Shown one piece after another: positions 10,461-20,651 of a DNA stretch of 40,503 nt. Source of the stretch: Stramenopiles sp. TOSAG23-3 (Eukaryota); NCBI GenBank assembly GCA_900128585.1, contig LT642182.1:1-40503 (forward strand), read 5' to 3'. The notes below the pieces were generated by a model, which made no database searches, was not told the origin of the DNA, and saw nothing but the letters and a program-made list of their open reading frames with translations. The stretch's first letter is position 1. Every line of letters begins with the position of its first letter. A program made the position numbers and the translations under genes.

Positions 10461-10808
10461 AAAACAAGAAAATTGGCTGTTACTTTTTTAAATTTGTTTA
10501 CTTAAATAACAGCCAGTGGCATGAAGGAAATGTAAACTTAGAATGTCTAAATCTAGATTTCAGTTCGCAGTAGACGTACATTAATTTTAATTATGACGAA
10601 ATGATCAAACTCAATACCGATCATTATTTCATAGAGCAGTACCACAGACAACGAGCCCCTTTAAAACATTTATGCCGCTGTGTACTTTTAAGACCAATCA
10701 ATTGGAATCTTGACCTTCTTTTTTCTTTAATTTTAATTACTATAAAATAACAGCCAATTTTTCTTGTTTTTTAATTATGATGTATTTAAATAACAGCCAA
10801 TTTTCTTG
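10461..10808. repeat. Cluster 2 of the same repeat family, with one inverted copy
   Basis: Inverted copy AAAACAAGAAAATTGGCTGTTA 10461-10482; TAACAGCCA 10507; longer element 10521-10593; TAACAGCCAATTTT(T)CTTG at 10748 and 10791. Confidence 0.8.
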
Positions 10809-10944
10809 ACTTTAAATAATCTTTTGTTTTTATTTTTTCATCTCGTTCTCCTTTCTTCTTCCTCTCCTTATTAATGTGCAGTTTTGAAGGAGGGCTGGGC
10901 TGGTTTGAACGAACGTCGACATTCATTTGAGCTGTACTCACGGC

Positions 10945-11994
10945 TTAGATTGTCATCGGAGGTGCAATCGTATCTTGGTCATTACTACGTGACTTTGGCG
11001 AATGAAATTGGAAGCTGTCGTTTGCTCCAAATTCAGTGTGTAAAGATTTCTCCACTGGTGTACTACTGAAACAGAGCTGCTGCAACCAATGATTCGAAAT
11101 TGGTGTCAGGTCGATGGGGTTCAGGCTATTCCTACGCTTTATAGCGGGTGGGCGGCTCGGGGATTCGCACAGGAAGCTTTTAGAAACATTCTTGGGTGCG
11201 TCGTCTATCTCCGACTTGTTGTTCGCAAAGGATTTTAATTCACTCAATTCGACATTGTCATTAGATGTGAAGGCAACATTCTTCGATACGACATTACACA
11301 GCAAATAAATGCCCCGGCTTGAGAATCGAGTCTGGCCTTCTATCACGGAAACTTTATCGGACAGATTTCCCACCATTCCTTTTAACTGCTTTTGCATTTG
11401 ATTAACATGTTCTAAATCTTTGCTTACCTTTCCAACATCATCTGTAATTTTTCTCTCTAATCTGTCCGCGCTTCGCTCTACGGTCTTCTCCACGCGTGTG
11501 ATCCGATCGAGAAGTTGCTCTCTTAAAGTCCCAATAGCGGCCGTAACTTGCGCTACGCGGCACTTTAATTCCGAAACTGTTTGTTTGAAAAGGGACTTTG
11601 TAACATATGCGATATCATTATAACCGACCCCCTTAAAATAGCAATACGAGTACAACGCAGCCATGGTGACGGCGAGCCCTCCGAAGCTCTTCGCTACCAA
11701 GTCTTGGCTTGGCCCTGAAATTTGTACAACCGTCGGCGTGCCATTTGCTACCCTGATACTTCCTAAAGCTTTAACTTGTTCAGTCAGTTGAGCCACTTCC
11801 CTATTCAGAGAGTTTATGGATCCAGAGCTGTCTTGTGATTTTGTAACTATGTCAAACAAAGTACGAATCAGCCCGGGACCACCCCGCCCCGAGTCTTGGT
11901 TGTTTCCCATTTGCTGTTCAGCACTTTTCCCAACAACATAGCCTCCCCCTCCTATCAAGAGCAACGCTGTTGGACCCAACTTCGCTCTAGCCAT
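10945..11994 (-). CDS. DUF1664-family protein (N-terminal hydrophobic segment plus coiled coil)
   Basis: ATG at 11994 (track start 12003 is TTG). YCYFKGVGYNDIAYVTKSLFKQTVSEL...LLDRITRVE and FSSRGIYLLC resemble the DUF1664 pattern YMWWKG.S.SD.MYVTKR and N.GV..LC. Confidence 0.72.
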   Translation of the reverse strand: MARAKLGPTALLLIGGGGYVVGKSAEQQMGNNQDSGRGGPGLIRTLFDIVTKSQDSSGSINSLNREVAQLTEQVKALGSIRVANGTPTVVQISGPSQDLVAKSFGGLAVTMAALYSYCYFKGVGYNDIAYVTKSLFKQTVSELKCRVAQVTAAIGTLREQLLDRITRVEKTVERSADRLERKITDDVGKVSKDLEHVNQMQKQLKGMVGNLSDKVSVIEGQTRFSSRGIYLLCNVVSKNVAFTSNDNVELSELKSFANNKSEIDDAPKNVSKSFLCESPSRPPAIKRRNSLNPIDLTPISNHWLQQLCFSSTPVEKSLHTEFGANDSFQFHSPKSRSNDQDTIAPPMTI

Positions 11995-12989
11995 TTTGTA
12001 CAAATAGACCTGAGCTATAAATAGCCAGAGTCAAGTTACCTTTTAGTTTGAATTCTTTGAAGAACTCTGTCAGGTATGAATTTCGTTTGACTTGTGGAAA
12101 ATAGTCTCATCAATGTTGAGACACTGCGTTTCCACCAATTATGTGTACTAGACAGCAACAACAAACAGCAACAACATTTGCAGGGTGCGGTAGTAAACGA
12201 AGACGTTCGGAGTAGTAGTACGGTACCTCGCGTCGTCGTCGGTAATATTAATTGATCCTGCTGTTGCTTTGTTGATTGACTAACTTATATATATAATAGC
12301 AACAATATAAATAATAATAAAAAGATTGACGGAAAGAAGGAGGAGGAAGGGTTTTTTTCGCGCATTTTTTCTTCCTTCTTCTTTCGCTCCCTCTTCAGTC
12401 GTCGTCTATGCTATGCCTTTGATACAGCGAAACCGCCAATAAATAATATCGTACGCTACTATACTAGACTATACTATTACGGTTCTGCTGAAGAAACGGC
12501 TATATAAAGTACAATGCCGAACTGCTTATCACTTTTTCCATTTCCAGGTACCTGGTAGGTACCGGTAATTGGAACTGTACAAGAATGAAAGTAAAATGAT
12601 GGTGGTGATATTATAATAAAGAAAAAATAATTTAATTATAGCCCTAGACTTACTACATACAGTATTATTAATTTATATTTTTTATCACTTTGATGTACCG
12701 TACCGGTAATACAATGTACCGGTACCTGTGCCTGGTTAGGGTATTATACCTGGTCTAAGTACTAAAAATTATTGCCTTTTTTTTAGGAGAGTTGTTGTCT
12801 ACGAATTAGTAGTTGACTACCCCCGGTGGGGGAAAGTATTTTGTCAACTGTACGACAGTTTGATGGGCTTTGCAAATAATTATTTCATTGTACCGAGTAC
12901 AAATTTTAACACATAGAAACAGTGTTTAAGCGGACCAACAGGTTTTTAAAGTTAACCACCACAACGCAGGACTAATTGGCGTAGTTGCT
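11995..12989. promoter_or_regulatory. Divergent intergenic region (DUF1664 / hypothetical), presumably holding both promoters
   Basis: Head-to-head orientation; contains two GTAC islands. Confidence 0.4.
12542..12754. repeat. Two GTAC-based palindrome islands in a divergent intergenic region
   Basis: CCAGGTACCTGG 12544-12555 followed by GGTACCGGTA; GTACCGTACCGGTA from 12695; GTACCGGTAC 12716-12725. Confidence 0.75.
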
Positions 12990-14984
12990 ATGTGGGAAAC
13001 CAGCGGTCGGTCTAACCCAACGACGCGTCTTAGTCTATCCAGGGCATTTAAGACAATAAGGCGAGCAAAGAAAGATGCGAACGCGAAGACTAGCCTTGCT
13101 TTCGGTAGATCACTGGAGAATGTAGTAGCCTTTAAAAATTCTGAGGACCGGAGAGGGGCATCAATTCATTTTACAACTGAACGTAACGCACTGGAATCTG
13201 GGTCAGTCGCTTCTTCGCTAAACCGAGGAAGCACGAGTAGCACTGGTGTATGTTTAGAGGACCCCGGAGACAAACGCGCCGATCTTTTGATGAAGTCAGA
13301 GTTAGTTCCGCAAAGTACATGGAGTCTACTGCCACGCCACGCAAGAAAATTTTTGACGTCGAGTGAAAAGGTTTTACGGCCTTCAAAGGTTGGTTTAAGT
13401 TTGTTTTCTACTCTCTCTGGCTTTTTTCTTTGTCCGAACCCTATCGATAAAAGCGACATTGGTTATTCGAAAAAAAGAGAAGTTTTGCAAGAGCTGTATC
13501 GACATCCATACGTACATGCATCATGCAAAATTTTGTGGGACGTCTTATCTGGAAAGCGGAAGCGAAAAGTAAAAGGTTCGCACTGTGACATATTTTGTAG
13601 GAAGCTTTGCTATTTGTTGACAGGCATGGTCATAGAAAAAGCTATTGGTGATGCTGGGCTAGCCTCGCCCAACGCATACGGTTTCCCTGCCTTCAAAGAA
13701 GGGCTTGTTTCGATCGTAATGTTCTGTGCTCCCGATACATACACCGTTTTTGAGTTAGTCGATTGGTTTGAAAAAGTATTCAATCTAATTTTGCACAAGA
13801 ACAAAGATGGAGGGTACACGTTTGCTTCCAACGATGAACTTGTTGCGTTTCACCAGGAAAACCACCCAGATAAAACATTGGCGCTACTTGAGGGTGCCGA
13901 TACGAGCACGAAGAAATTCAAGCCCGAAAGAAATCATACTGAAGAGACATACGCTGAACCCCCTCATATTTTGCCGCAGGCCTCTCAAGAATTTCGTCGA
14001 AATCTGTCTGCATCGTACGAAAAATACAGGTGGAAAACCCCTAGCATGCCAAAGTCCATGTGGCAGCCAATGCGCACGTGGCAGTTGAGGGAGTTGAAGA
14101 GTAGCAGGTCCCTGCACCAGTCAGATTCTAGTATCGACTTTAAACCATCGAGTTTGATTGATGGGTCGAGCACGGTGCATCCCGAAGATGTAGATAATGG
14201 GGAACACTCTACTATTGCAGTGGATGGGAAGGAAAAACTGCGAAATAACTGGAAAAACGAGATTGTTTCGGCGAACTTGACCGCCCAACGCAAACGAAAT
14301 CAAGGTGTCGCACACGTTGCAACAACACCTCAGCAGAAGAGCACATGGCAGCCCAAGTTTTCTCTTCCGTCTCGTTTACTGGATGCTTACGATAGTGTCT
14401 TAGGAGATGGGACAAAACTAGCGGATGATCACAACAATGTTACTTTTGACAAACGGTTGTTCTATAAGAAACTGGAGAAAAATGATTATAAATACACAAT
14501 CAAGACAAGGCCGTTACCGACAGGAAGGGAAATTTTGCACGATTATACCACCGTCCTGGGCAGCCTAGAAATGACAAATGACGTCCGAAACGAGAAGGCC
14601 CAAAGGAAGTATAGAGTGTCTCAACTGAGCCATTTGTCATATATGTTGCAGGCACCAAATCCCAGGCGAGAGCCTACTTTGCCGTATGAGACCCACAGCC
14701 GTGAGGTTGTCGCACTAGCACGGCCCCAACGGAAGGCGTACAGTTCCTCGATACCATTTACCCCCACTATTTTCCACGTACCAATTGCAGAAACGAGTGC
14801 AACTCCTGTCTCGGAAACTGTGGGCTCGGTGGTTTCAAAACGATCGGAGCAGTCACAACAACATTCTACAGCAACACTTCACGACAAAGAGGATAATTAT
14901 ATTCGGAAAGCTCTGGAAATGGGCGCCAGGGCCCGAATACGGAAGGAGGAACTGGCAGAAATTGAAAGGTCACTTCGATATTGA
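12990..14984 (+). CDS. Hypothetical protein, largely low-complexity, with one possible degenerate helical/EF-hand-like domain
   Basis: 664-aa ATG-started ORF. The region LYRHPYV..LWD...FKEGLVSIVMFC...WFEKVFNLI looks like a folded helical domain. No confident family call. Confidence 0.68.
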   Translation: MWETSGRSNPTTRLSLSRAFKTIRRAKKDANAKTSLAFGRSLENVVAFKNSEDRRGASIHFTTERNALESGSVASSLNRGSTSSTGVCLEDPGDKRADLLMKSELVPQSTWSLLPRHARKFLTSSEKVLRPSKVGLSLFSTLSGFFLCPNPIDKSDIGYSKKREVLQELYRHPYVHASCKILWDVLSGKRKRKVKGSHCDIFCRKLCYLLTGMVIEKAIGDAGLASPNAYGFPAFKEGLVSIVMFCAPDTYTVFELVDWFEKVFNLILHKNKDGGYTFASNDELVAFHQENHPDKTLALLEGADTSTKKFKPERNHTEETYAEPPHILPQASQEFRRNLSASYEKYRWKTPSMPKSMWQPMRTWQLRELKSSRSLHQSDSSIDFKPSSLIDGSSTVHPEDVDNGEHSTIAVDGKEKLRNNWKNEIVSANLTAQRKRNQGVAHVATTPQQKSTWQPKFSLPSRLLDAYDSVLGDGTKLADDHNNVTFDKRLFYKKLEKNDYKYTIKTRPLPTGREILHDYTTVLGSLEMTNDVRNEKAQRKYRVSQLSHLSYMLQAPNPRREPTLPYETHSREVVALARPQRKAYSSSIPFTPTIFHVPIAETSATPVSETVGSVVSKRSEQSQQHSTATLHDKEDNYIRKALEMGARARIRKEELAEIERSLRY

Positions 14985-16030
14985 TGAGGAGGTCCAGTTC
15001 ATCAAAATTAAGGACATTTAAATGAACCCTTCTACTTGTTATTAATGGAATACCAAGTGCTGATATAGTCGTCTTGATGATATTATTATGTATTTAAGTA
15101 AGGATTAATACACACACACGAAAATATTGTGTTGGTATGTAAAAAAATAGCAATGCTGTCTTTATATGATTTTATTTGGACAGATAGTTATACTAAATTC
15201 GATAGGAATTTTCCTAATCCTCTGTCAAGGTAAATCAATAATAATAACGTTGCAGAACGTTGCAGTCTGAATATGGCGAGGAGGTTTCCTATGGTGTGTC
15301 AAGTCAAAACCAACAGAAAAACGAACAAATAAATTGAGTTGAAAAGGAGAAAAGCACATAATTGCTACCTTCGTATAGTAACTAAAGAAAGCAAATATCG
15401 CCACAGCACCTGAGGCGCTATTATACCGGTTTTTAATAATAATTTATACAGTACCGTACCGGTATTTATTTTTTAACCTGTACTGTACCAACCGCACCGG
15501 CAGTTGAAAGCCCGACTTCTTTCTTTCTTCTTCGCGAAGAAGTTCTACTTTTTAACCATACGGTCGGTGCGGTAGTAAACATAATGACAATAGGCGTCCA
15601 TAGTGGCACCAACCGAATATTAAATACCAGGTACAGTAGTAAAAATAACATTTCATCAGTATTATAGCTATTATACAGAACAGTTACAAGAAGGGGCGAA
15701 GTGAATAACAGTATAATAACCTCTACTACATACAAACCCCTCTCCTCCATCAAATCCATGGTAGATATATGCTGTGTCGTTGTTGTAAAATAATTGTCCA
15801 TGCGTCATCCTCCTAAGCTATCATCATTAACAACGGCGACTCCCAACTTTTTCCCACTTACTTGTCGAGAAGTCGAACGCTTCCATGCTTCTAGAATTAT
15901 TGACTAACGAATTATAATAAGAACAGAAAGACTCGAACGACAAACCCAAGAATCCAGTCGAAACGACTTTATTGCCCACTTGAACGGCAGGACTTGGTTG
16001 TTGCACAGGCTAGCACGCTGAAGGCCCACG

Positions 16031-19000
16031 ATGAGTGTCATTCCTCTTATGCAGAAGAAGATGAAGGAGAAGGCTAACAGTGCCAAACTTAATGGTTTTG
16101 CAGGAACTCTCAGTGCGAGACATCTTGCAGACGAAATAGAGGGTGTGGATCTAGCAAAACCAATCGTGGGAGATGATACTGCGGATTCATTCTGGAAAGG
16201 GATTCATAACCACCACCAGAACGCTTATGTCGTCAACAAAGGCGTTATGGCACATATTACAGAAATTACACAAGACGCACGGAGTCACGCCAAAATGGAG
16301 GAGAACGAGAGAATACGAAAAGCGGCTGGCAGGTTTCTTTTGCCCAAAGTTTACTTGATCAACCCAAGGCATAAATATAAGGTTGGCTGGGATGTATATA
16401 TAGGGGCAGTGATACTTTACAGCGCCATCGTCATTCCATATTCTATTGGTTTCTCAGTAGAGTTTCCAGACGATACAGCAATTGGAGGTCTGAATATTTT
16501 CTTTGATCTGTGCTTTGGCTTGGATCTTATTTTTAGTTTCAACATGGTCTATTACGATGATGTCCATGGCAACATAATCACAAACAGGTGGCAAATAGCA
16601 AAGCAGTACTTATCGACGTGGTTTGCAATCGATTTTTTCAGTACTTTACCGATAGATAGAATTGCAATTGGTGTTATGGGCAGGGAGGGAGGAAGCTCTG
16701 CAAGAAGCATCAAGCTAATACGGACACTGCGGCTATTCAGGTTAACCAAATTGGTTCGAGTTTTCAAACTGAAAAAGTTTGCTGAGCTAATTAACGACTT
16801 AGAAATAAACCAAGGGTTTATCTCCCTTGGAAACCTTATGTTTAGAATTATTTTTTGCGCTCATTTGTTGGCCTGCTTTTGGAACCTGACGCATGTAAAT
16901 GCAGAACCAGGCATGAACACTTGGTCTTTGCATTTTGGTGTAAGTCCTTCCGCCGACGTTGGTGAGCATTACGTAGCTGCACTGTACTGGACTGCTGCAA
17001 CAATGATGGGGGTAGGATACGGAGATGTGTACGCTGTCAACTCTTGGGAGCGAGCGTACTCGATTTTAGCGCAGATAGTCGGGGCATTTACTTTCGGTTA
17101 TATACTTGCTACGATGACAATATTTTACGAGTCTTCTGATCCCAGGACGGCAAAAATCGACGCGCACATCGATGAGCTAAAAAGCTACATGCACGAAAGA
17201 AAATTGCCGAAAAAGCTTCAAAATCAAGTTTTAATGAATTTTCAATACCGCTATCAGACGAAATCAATTTTTGCAGAGAAAGAAATACTCGCCGAACTAT
17301 CAACACACCTCGCAGACGAGGTTACGAAGAACGGATACGCAGAAATAATTTCAAGATTTCCTTTCCTAAAAACATGTCGCACCAGGTTTGTTACGAGCGT
17401 CATGCTCAATATGAAACCCGTATACATAGAGGAAAACGATGTGCTTTACTATCAAGGTAGAATGTCCCCGGGGCTATTTCTTTTGCGCGAGGGTATGGTA
17501 ATAGCCACAGCAGTTTTAGGGGAATCAAAACTGCCAAAGACCCCCTCTATGCAATTTATGAACAAAAATGTAAGCGAAGAGCCCAATCCCCCCAATAATG
17601 ACGCGACTCAAAGCCGGTTGATCGGCGTATTTCAAGCTGGTAGTCATTTTGGCCATGAAACATTTTGCACAAAGAAGGCCTCACTTTCGTACTTTCGCGC
17701 TGCTGCAAATTCTGATGTTCTTATGGTTCCATGCGAGGACATGGAGCACCTGTTGGCAGAAGCATCTCATATTTTTGACGACTTGAACAAAGACGGTGCT
17801 GCATTATACGAGAATCTTCAGACAGTCGTTGGTATTCACAATAGAATTGAATGTATTCCGCCAGGCCCGGTCGATCCCGAGCAGATGCCAGATTTGAAAG
17901 TGGTATTTAACGGCCAACTTCGAGGTTATGGACACAAAAGGCGAACGCTGACGTTTGCAAAAGTACAATCTTCCAAAAAGCTATTTAAAGACTTAGACCC
18001 AGATGGTGACATTGATATCACAAAGCTTCTCGAATCCACCCGAGAGACTCTTTACCCTTGCATGTTTCCTCCCTCTAGAAGGCATTCCCTCCCTTCGACG
18101 GATATGGACAATGTTGACGTTGAGGACTTAGAAGACACCGACGATGAGGAGGAAGAAGACCAAGACGAGGAGCGTAAGATTGCTCGTCGGAAATCATCGT
18201 GGGACGGAGAAAGCCTGTCTCAAGTTATCAGGCACAAATCAACGCATCATGATGTAAGAGACAAGATGGTAACAGTCAACCTAACAGCGAAACAAATATT
18301 AAATCTTGGGTTTGTCCATCCACAATATAATATCAAGCAAAGGTTTGACATTCTGATCGGCATGTTAATCATTTACAGTGTTGTGGCAATTCCCTACCAA
18401 ATAGCATTTGATATAGACTCAGAAGCAGGCTGGTTGGTCTTCGATTGGACAGTAGATATTCTTTTTGCGGTCGATATTTGTGTTACCGCGAAAACACCAT
18501 ACATGGACCCGGAGAAACGCACTTACATTTGCGCAAACCGGATGATTGTCGAGAAATACGTAAAGAGTTGGTTTGCTATAGACTTTTTCTCTACCGTACC
18601 TATCGACAAAATAGCAGCCTCCATTGCACTAAACAATTCTGCGGGAGGAGATGATGGAAAGAATCTTAAATTGGTGAAATTGATAAAGACTTTGCGCTTG
18701 ATCAGATTATTGAAGCTAGCCCGGGTGTTGAAACTAGGGAAGATCCAAGATTCGTTGGAAGATATCTTTGACAGCCCGAATACATTCAAATTGCTGAAAT
18801 TATGCCTAATGTTATTTGGCTGCGCTCACATGATTGGTTGTGCTTGGTTTGCTGTTTCGCCGAAAGGAACCCCCCCGCACGAAGCATGGTGGGGCCAGCT
18901 GGAAGACCTTCAGTATGAACAAGATAACACTGAGCAGCTGTACCTCGCCTCGTTGTATTGGGCTTTTACCACCATGACGACAGTAGGCTATGGGGACATT

Positions 19001-20035
19001 ACGCCTGTTACAACCAGCGAGAGGTTGTTGGCCATTGTAATCATGCTGTTTGGGGCGACGATATTTGGATACGTAATTGGCAATGTAGCAGCAACTACTA
19101 TGACGAATGATATTGCCCAGGCCAGAAAGGAAGACAAGATGAAAGAAGTTTCTTCTTATTTGAAAGAAAAAGGGATTTCCAGGTCTCTGAAAAAGAAAGT
19201 AGAAAACTTCTTTACCTACTTTTTTGAAAATCGTTCCGCATTTGACGAAAACGAATTGCTTGAGGATTTGCCGAGCAGTACGCGAAACCGGATATATATG
19301 CATTTATATGGTGATATTGCGGCAAAATTTAGCCATTCGATTTTAAAGGGAATTCGCAGGAGCCATGCTTGTTTTATCATGTCCAATATGCGACCTCAAG
19401 TGTACAGCCCCAAAGATATCGTTTACCGGGAGGGAGATCCTGGACAGGCTATCTACCTAATCCAGCAAGGTGTAATCGAGGAATTGCGATACCAGCAAGC
19501 AGACAAGATTAATCGCACTTATTTCGAAGGCTCTTATTTTGGGGAAAAAGCACTCATGCTGAACATAGAGCGTTTGAATACAGTAAGAGCGCGAACAATG
19601 GCAACATTGCTTATATTGTCCAAGCATACCATAGGCAATTTGGTGGATAAAAGCGGAGATATATCCAATTCTTTGAACCAAATGCTAGTTTCAACAGTCA
19701 AGCTAACGATATCGAGGGAGCAACAATCTCGGGCTAAAGAAAACAGCGGCTTTAAATCCAAAGTAAATTCTAAGGTGTACTCGTTGCTATTATCAAAAGC
19801 TAAGGTCATCCGAGGTAGAACAGCTTCCGGGAGGTCGCGAAACCTAACGCGTACGCATTCGGCATTTAATATGAGAAAGAAAAAAACGCTAAAAAAATCA
19901 TCCGATGAGAAGGAGACAGAGAAAGGAGTCGATACTTTATTTGAGGATATTCATGCAGGAACCCAAGAAGAGTTTGGGGAAGATATTACAGGAGGTGAAG
20001 CAGATGCCGGGGCTGGCGGCGGTGCTCCCCGATGA
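16031..20035 (+). CDS. Two-repeat voltage-gated, cyclic-nucleotide-binding-domain K+ channel (KCNH/HCN/CNGK superfamily): 2 x (S1-S6 + C-linker + CNBD)
   Basis: 1334 aa. Two S4 segments (IRTLRLFRLTKLVRVFK; IKTLRLIRLLKLARVLK), two WFAIDFFST motifs, two pore loops (TMMGVGYGD 17000-17026; TMTTVGYGD 18971-18997), two C-linker/CNBD regions and an acidic inter-repeat linker. Confidence 0.92.
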   Translation: MSVIPLMQKKMKEKANSAKLNGFAGTLSARHLADEIEGVDLAKPIVGDDTADSFWKGIHNHHQNAYVVNKGVMAHITEITQDARSHAKMEENERIRKAAGRFLLPKVYLINPRHKYKVGWDVYIGAVILYSAIVIPYSIGFSVEFPDDTAIGGLNIFFDLCFGLDLIFSFNMVYYDDVHGNIITNRWQIAKQYLSTWFAIDFFSTLPIDRIAIGVMGREGGSSARSIKLIRTLRLFRLTKLVRVFKLKKFAELINDLEINQGFISLGNLMFRIIFCAHLLACFWNLTHVNAEPGMNTWSLHFGVSPSADVGEHYVAALYWTAATMMGVGYGDVYAVNSWERAYSILAQIVGAFTFGYILATMTIFYESSDPRTAKIDAHIDELKSYMHERKLPKKLQNQVLMNFQYRYQTKSIFAEKEILAELSTHLADEVTKNGYAEIISRFPFLKTCRTRFVTSVMLNMKPVYIEENDVLYYQGRMSPGLFLLREGMVIATAVLGESKLPKTPSMQFMNKNVSEEPNPPNNDATQSRLIGVFQAGSHFGHETFCTKKASLSYFRAAANSDVLMVPCEDMEHLLAEASHIFDDLNKDGAALYENLQTVVGIHNRIECIPPGPVDPEQMPDLKVVFNGQLRGYGHKRRTLTFAKVQSSKKLFKDLDPDGDIDITKLLESTRETLYPCMFPPSRRHSLPSTDMDNVDVEDLEDTDDEEEEDQDEERKIARRKSSWDGESLSQVIRHKSTHHDVRDKMVTVNLTAKQILNLGFVHPQYNIKQRFDILIGMLIIYSVVAIPYQIAFDIDSEAGWLVFDWTVDILFAVDICVTAKTPYMDPEKRTYICANRMIVEKYVKSWFAIDFFSTVPIDKIAASIALNNSAGGDDGKNLKLVKLIKTLRLIRLLKLARVLKLGKIQDSLEDIFDSPNTFKLLKLCLMLFGCAHMIGCAWFAVSPKGTPPHEAWWGQLEDLQYEQDNTEQLYLASLYWAFTTMTTVGYGDITPVTTSERLLAIVIMLFGATIFGYVIGNVAATTMTNDIAQARKEDKMKEVSSYLKEKGISRSLKKKVENFFTYFFENRSAFDENELLEDLPSSTRNRIYMHLYGDIAAKFSHSILKGIRRSHACFIMSNMRPQVYSPKDIVYREGDPGQAIYLIQQGVIEELRYQQADKINRTYFEGSYFGEKALMLNIERLNTVRARTMATLLILSKHTIGNLVDKSGDISNSLNQMLVSTVKLTISREQQSRAKENSGFKSKVNSKVYSLLLSKAKVIRGRTASGRSRNLTRTHSAFNMRKKKTLKKSSDEKETEKGVDTLFEDIHAGTQEEFGEDITGGEADAGAGGGAPR

Positions 20036-20651
20036 TGATATAGCTTTGTGACATTTGAGAATGAATAGTATGGAATAGGATGAAACCGTGTCGTCGTATA
20101 TTACAGACGGACTACACACTTAAAACGTGAGTAAAAATTACGAAGGCAATGGGTACCCGTACTTGTATTACGTAGAGACTATCTCTTATAATTAGGGATA
20201 AATAAAAGGAACCTCGAAATCTTGTTTTTCTTTTTACAATAATATTGTAGTCTAGTGTATTATTATAGAGTATATTTTACAAGTACGTATTAATTAGTCG
20301 TATAAAGAAGCAAACGAGTGGAACTCTTTGATGATCGAATCGATGATGTTGATGATGTTTGGAATGTTGTTGTATTATTATTTTATTATTATTATTATAT
20401 TTTTTTTTTACTTTTTTATTATTATTATTAAAATTATTATATTATTAGACTATAATATATGAACCAAGTTTTTTATTATTATTATTGGGTTTCTCTTCGT
20501 TCATAAACATTTGGCGGTGTAAATATTAACCACAGAAATGCATGATAATTTAGTCCCATTATAACATGTTAATTTAAGTACCAGCGAAGTCACCGAAGAG
20601 ATTAGTTCGCATGCTTTCTTTGTCTAGTCGTGGGTAAGTATTTCACGGGAT

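Noticed and set aside
12735..12741. TTAGGG as telomeric repeat
   Set aside because: Isolated hexamer, not an array.
15246..15265. AACGTTGCAG x2 tandem 10-mer
   Set aside because: Simple local duplication with no further copies noticed.
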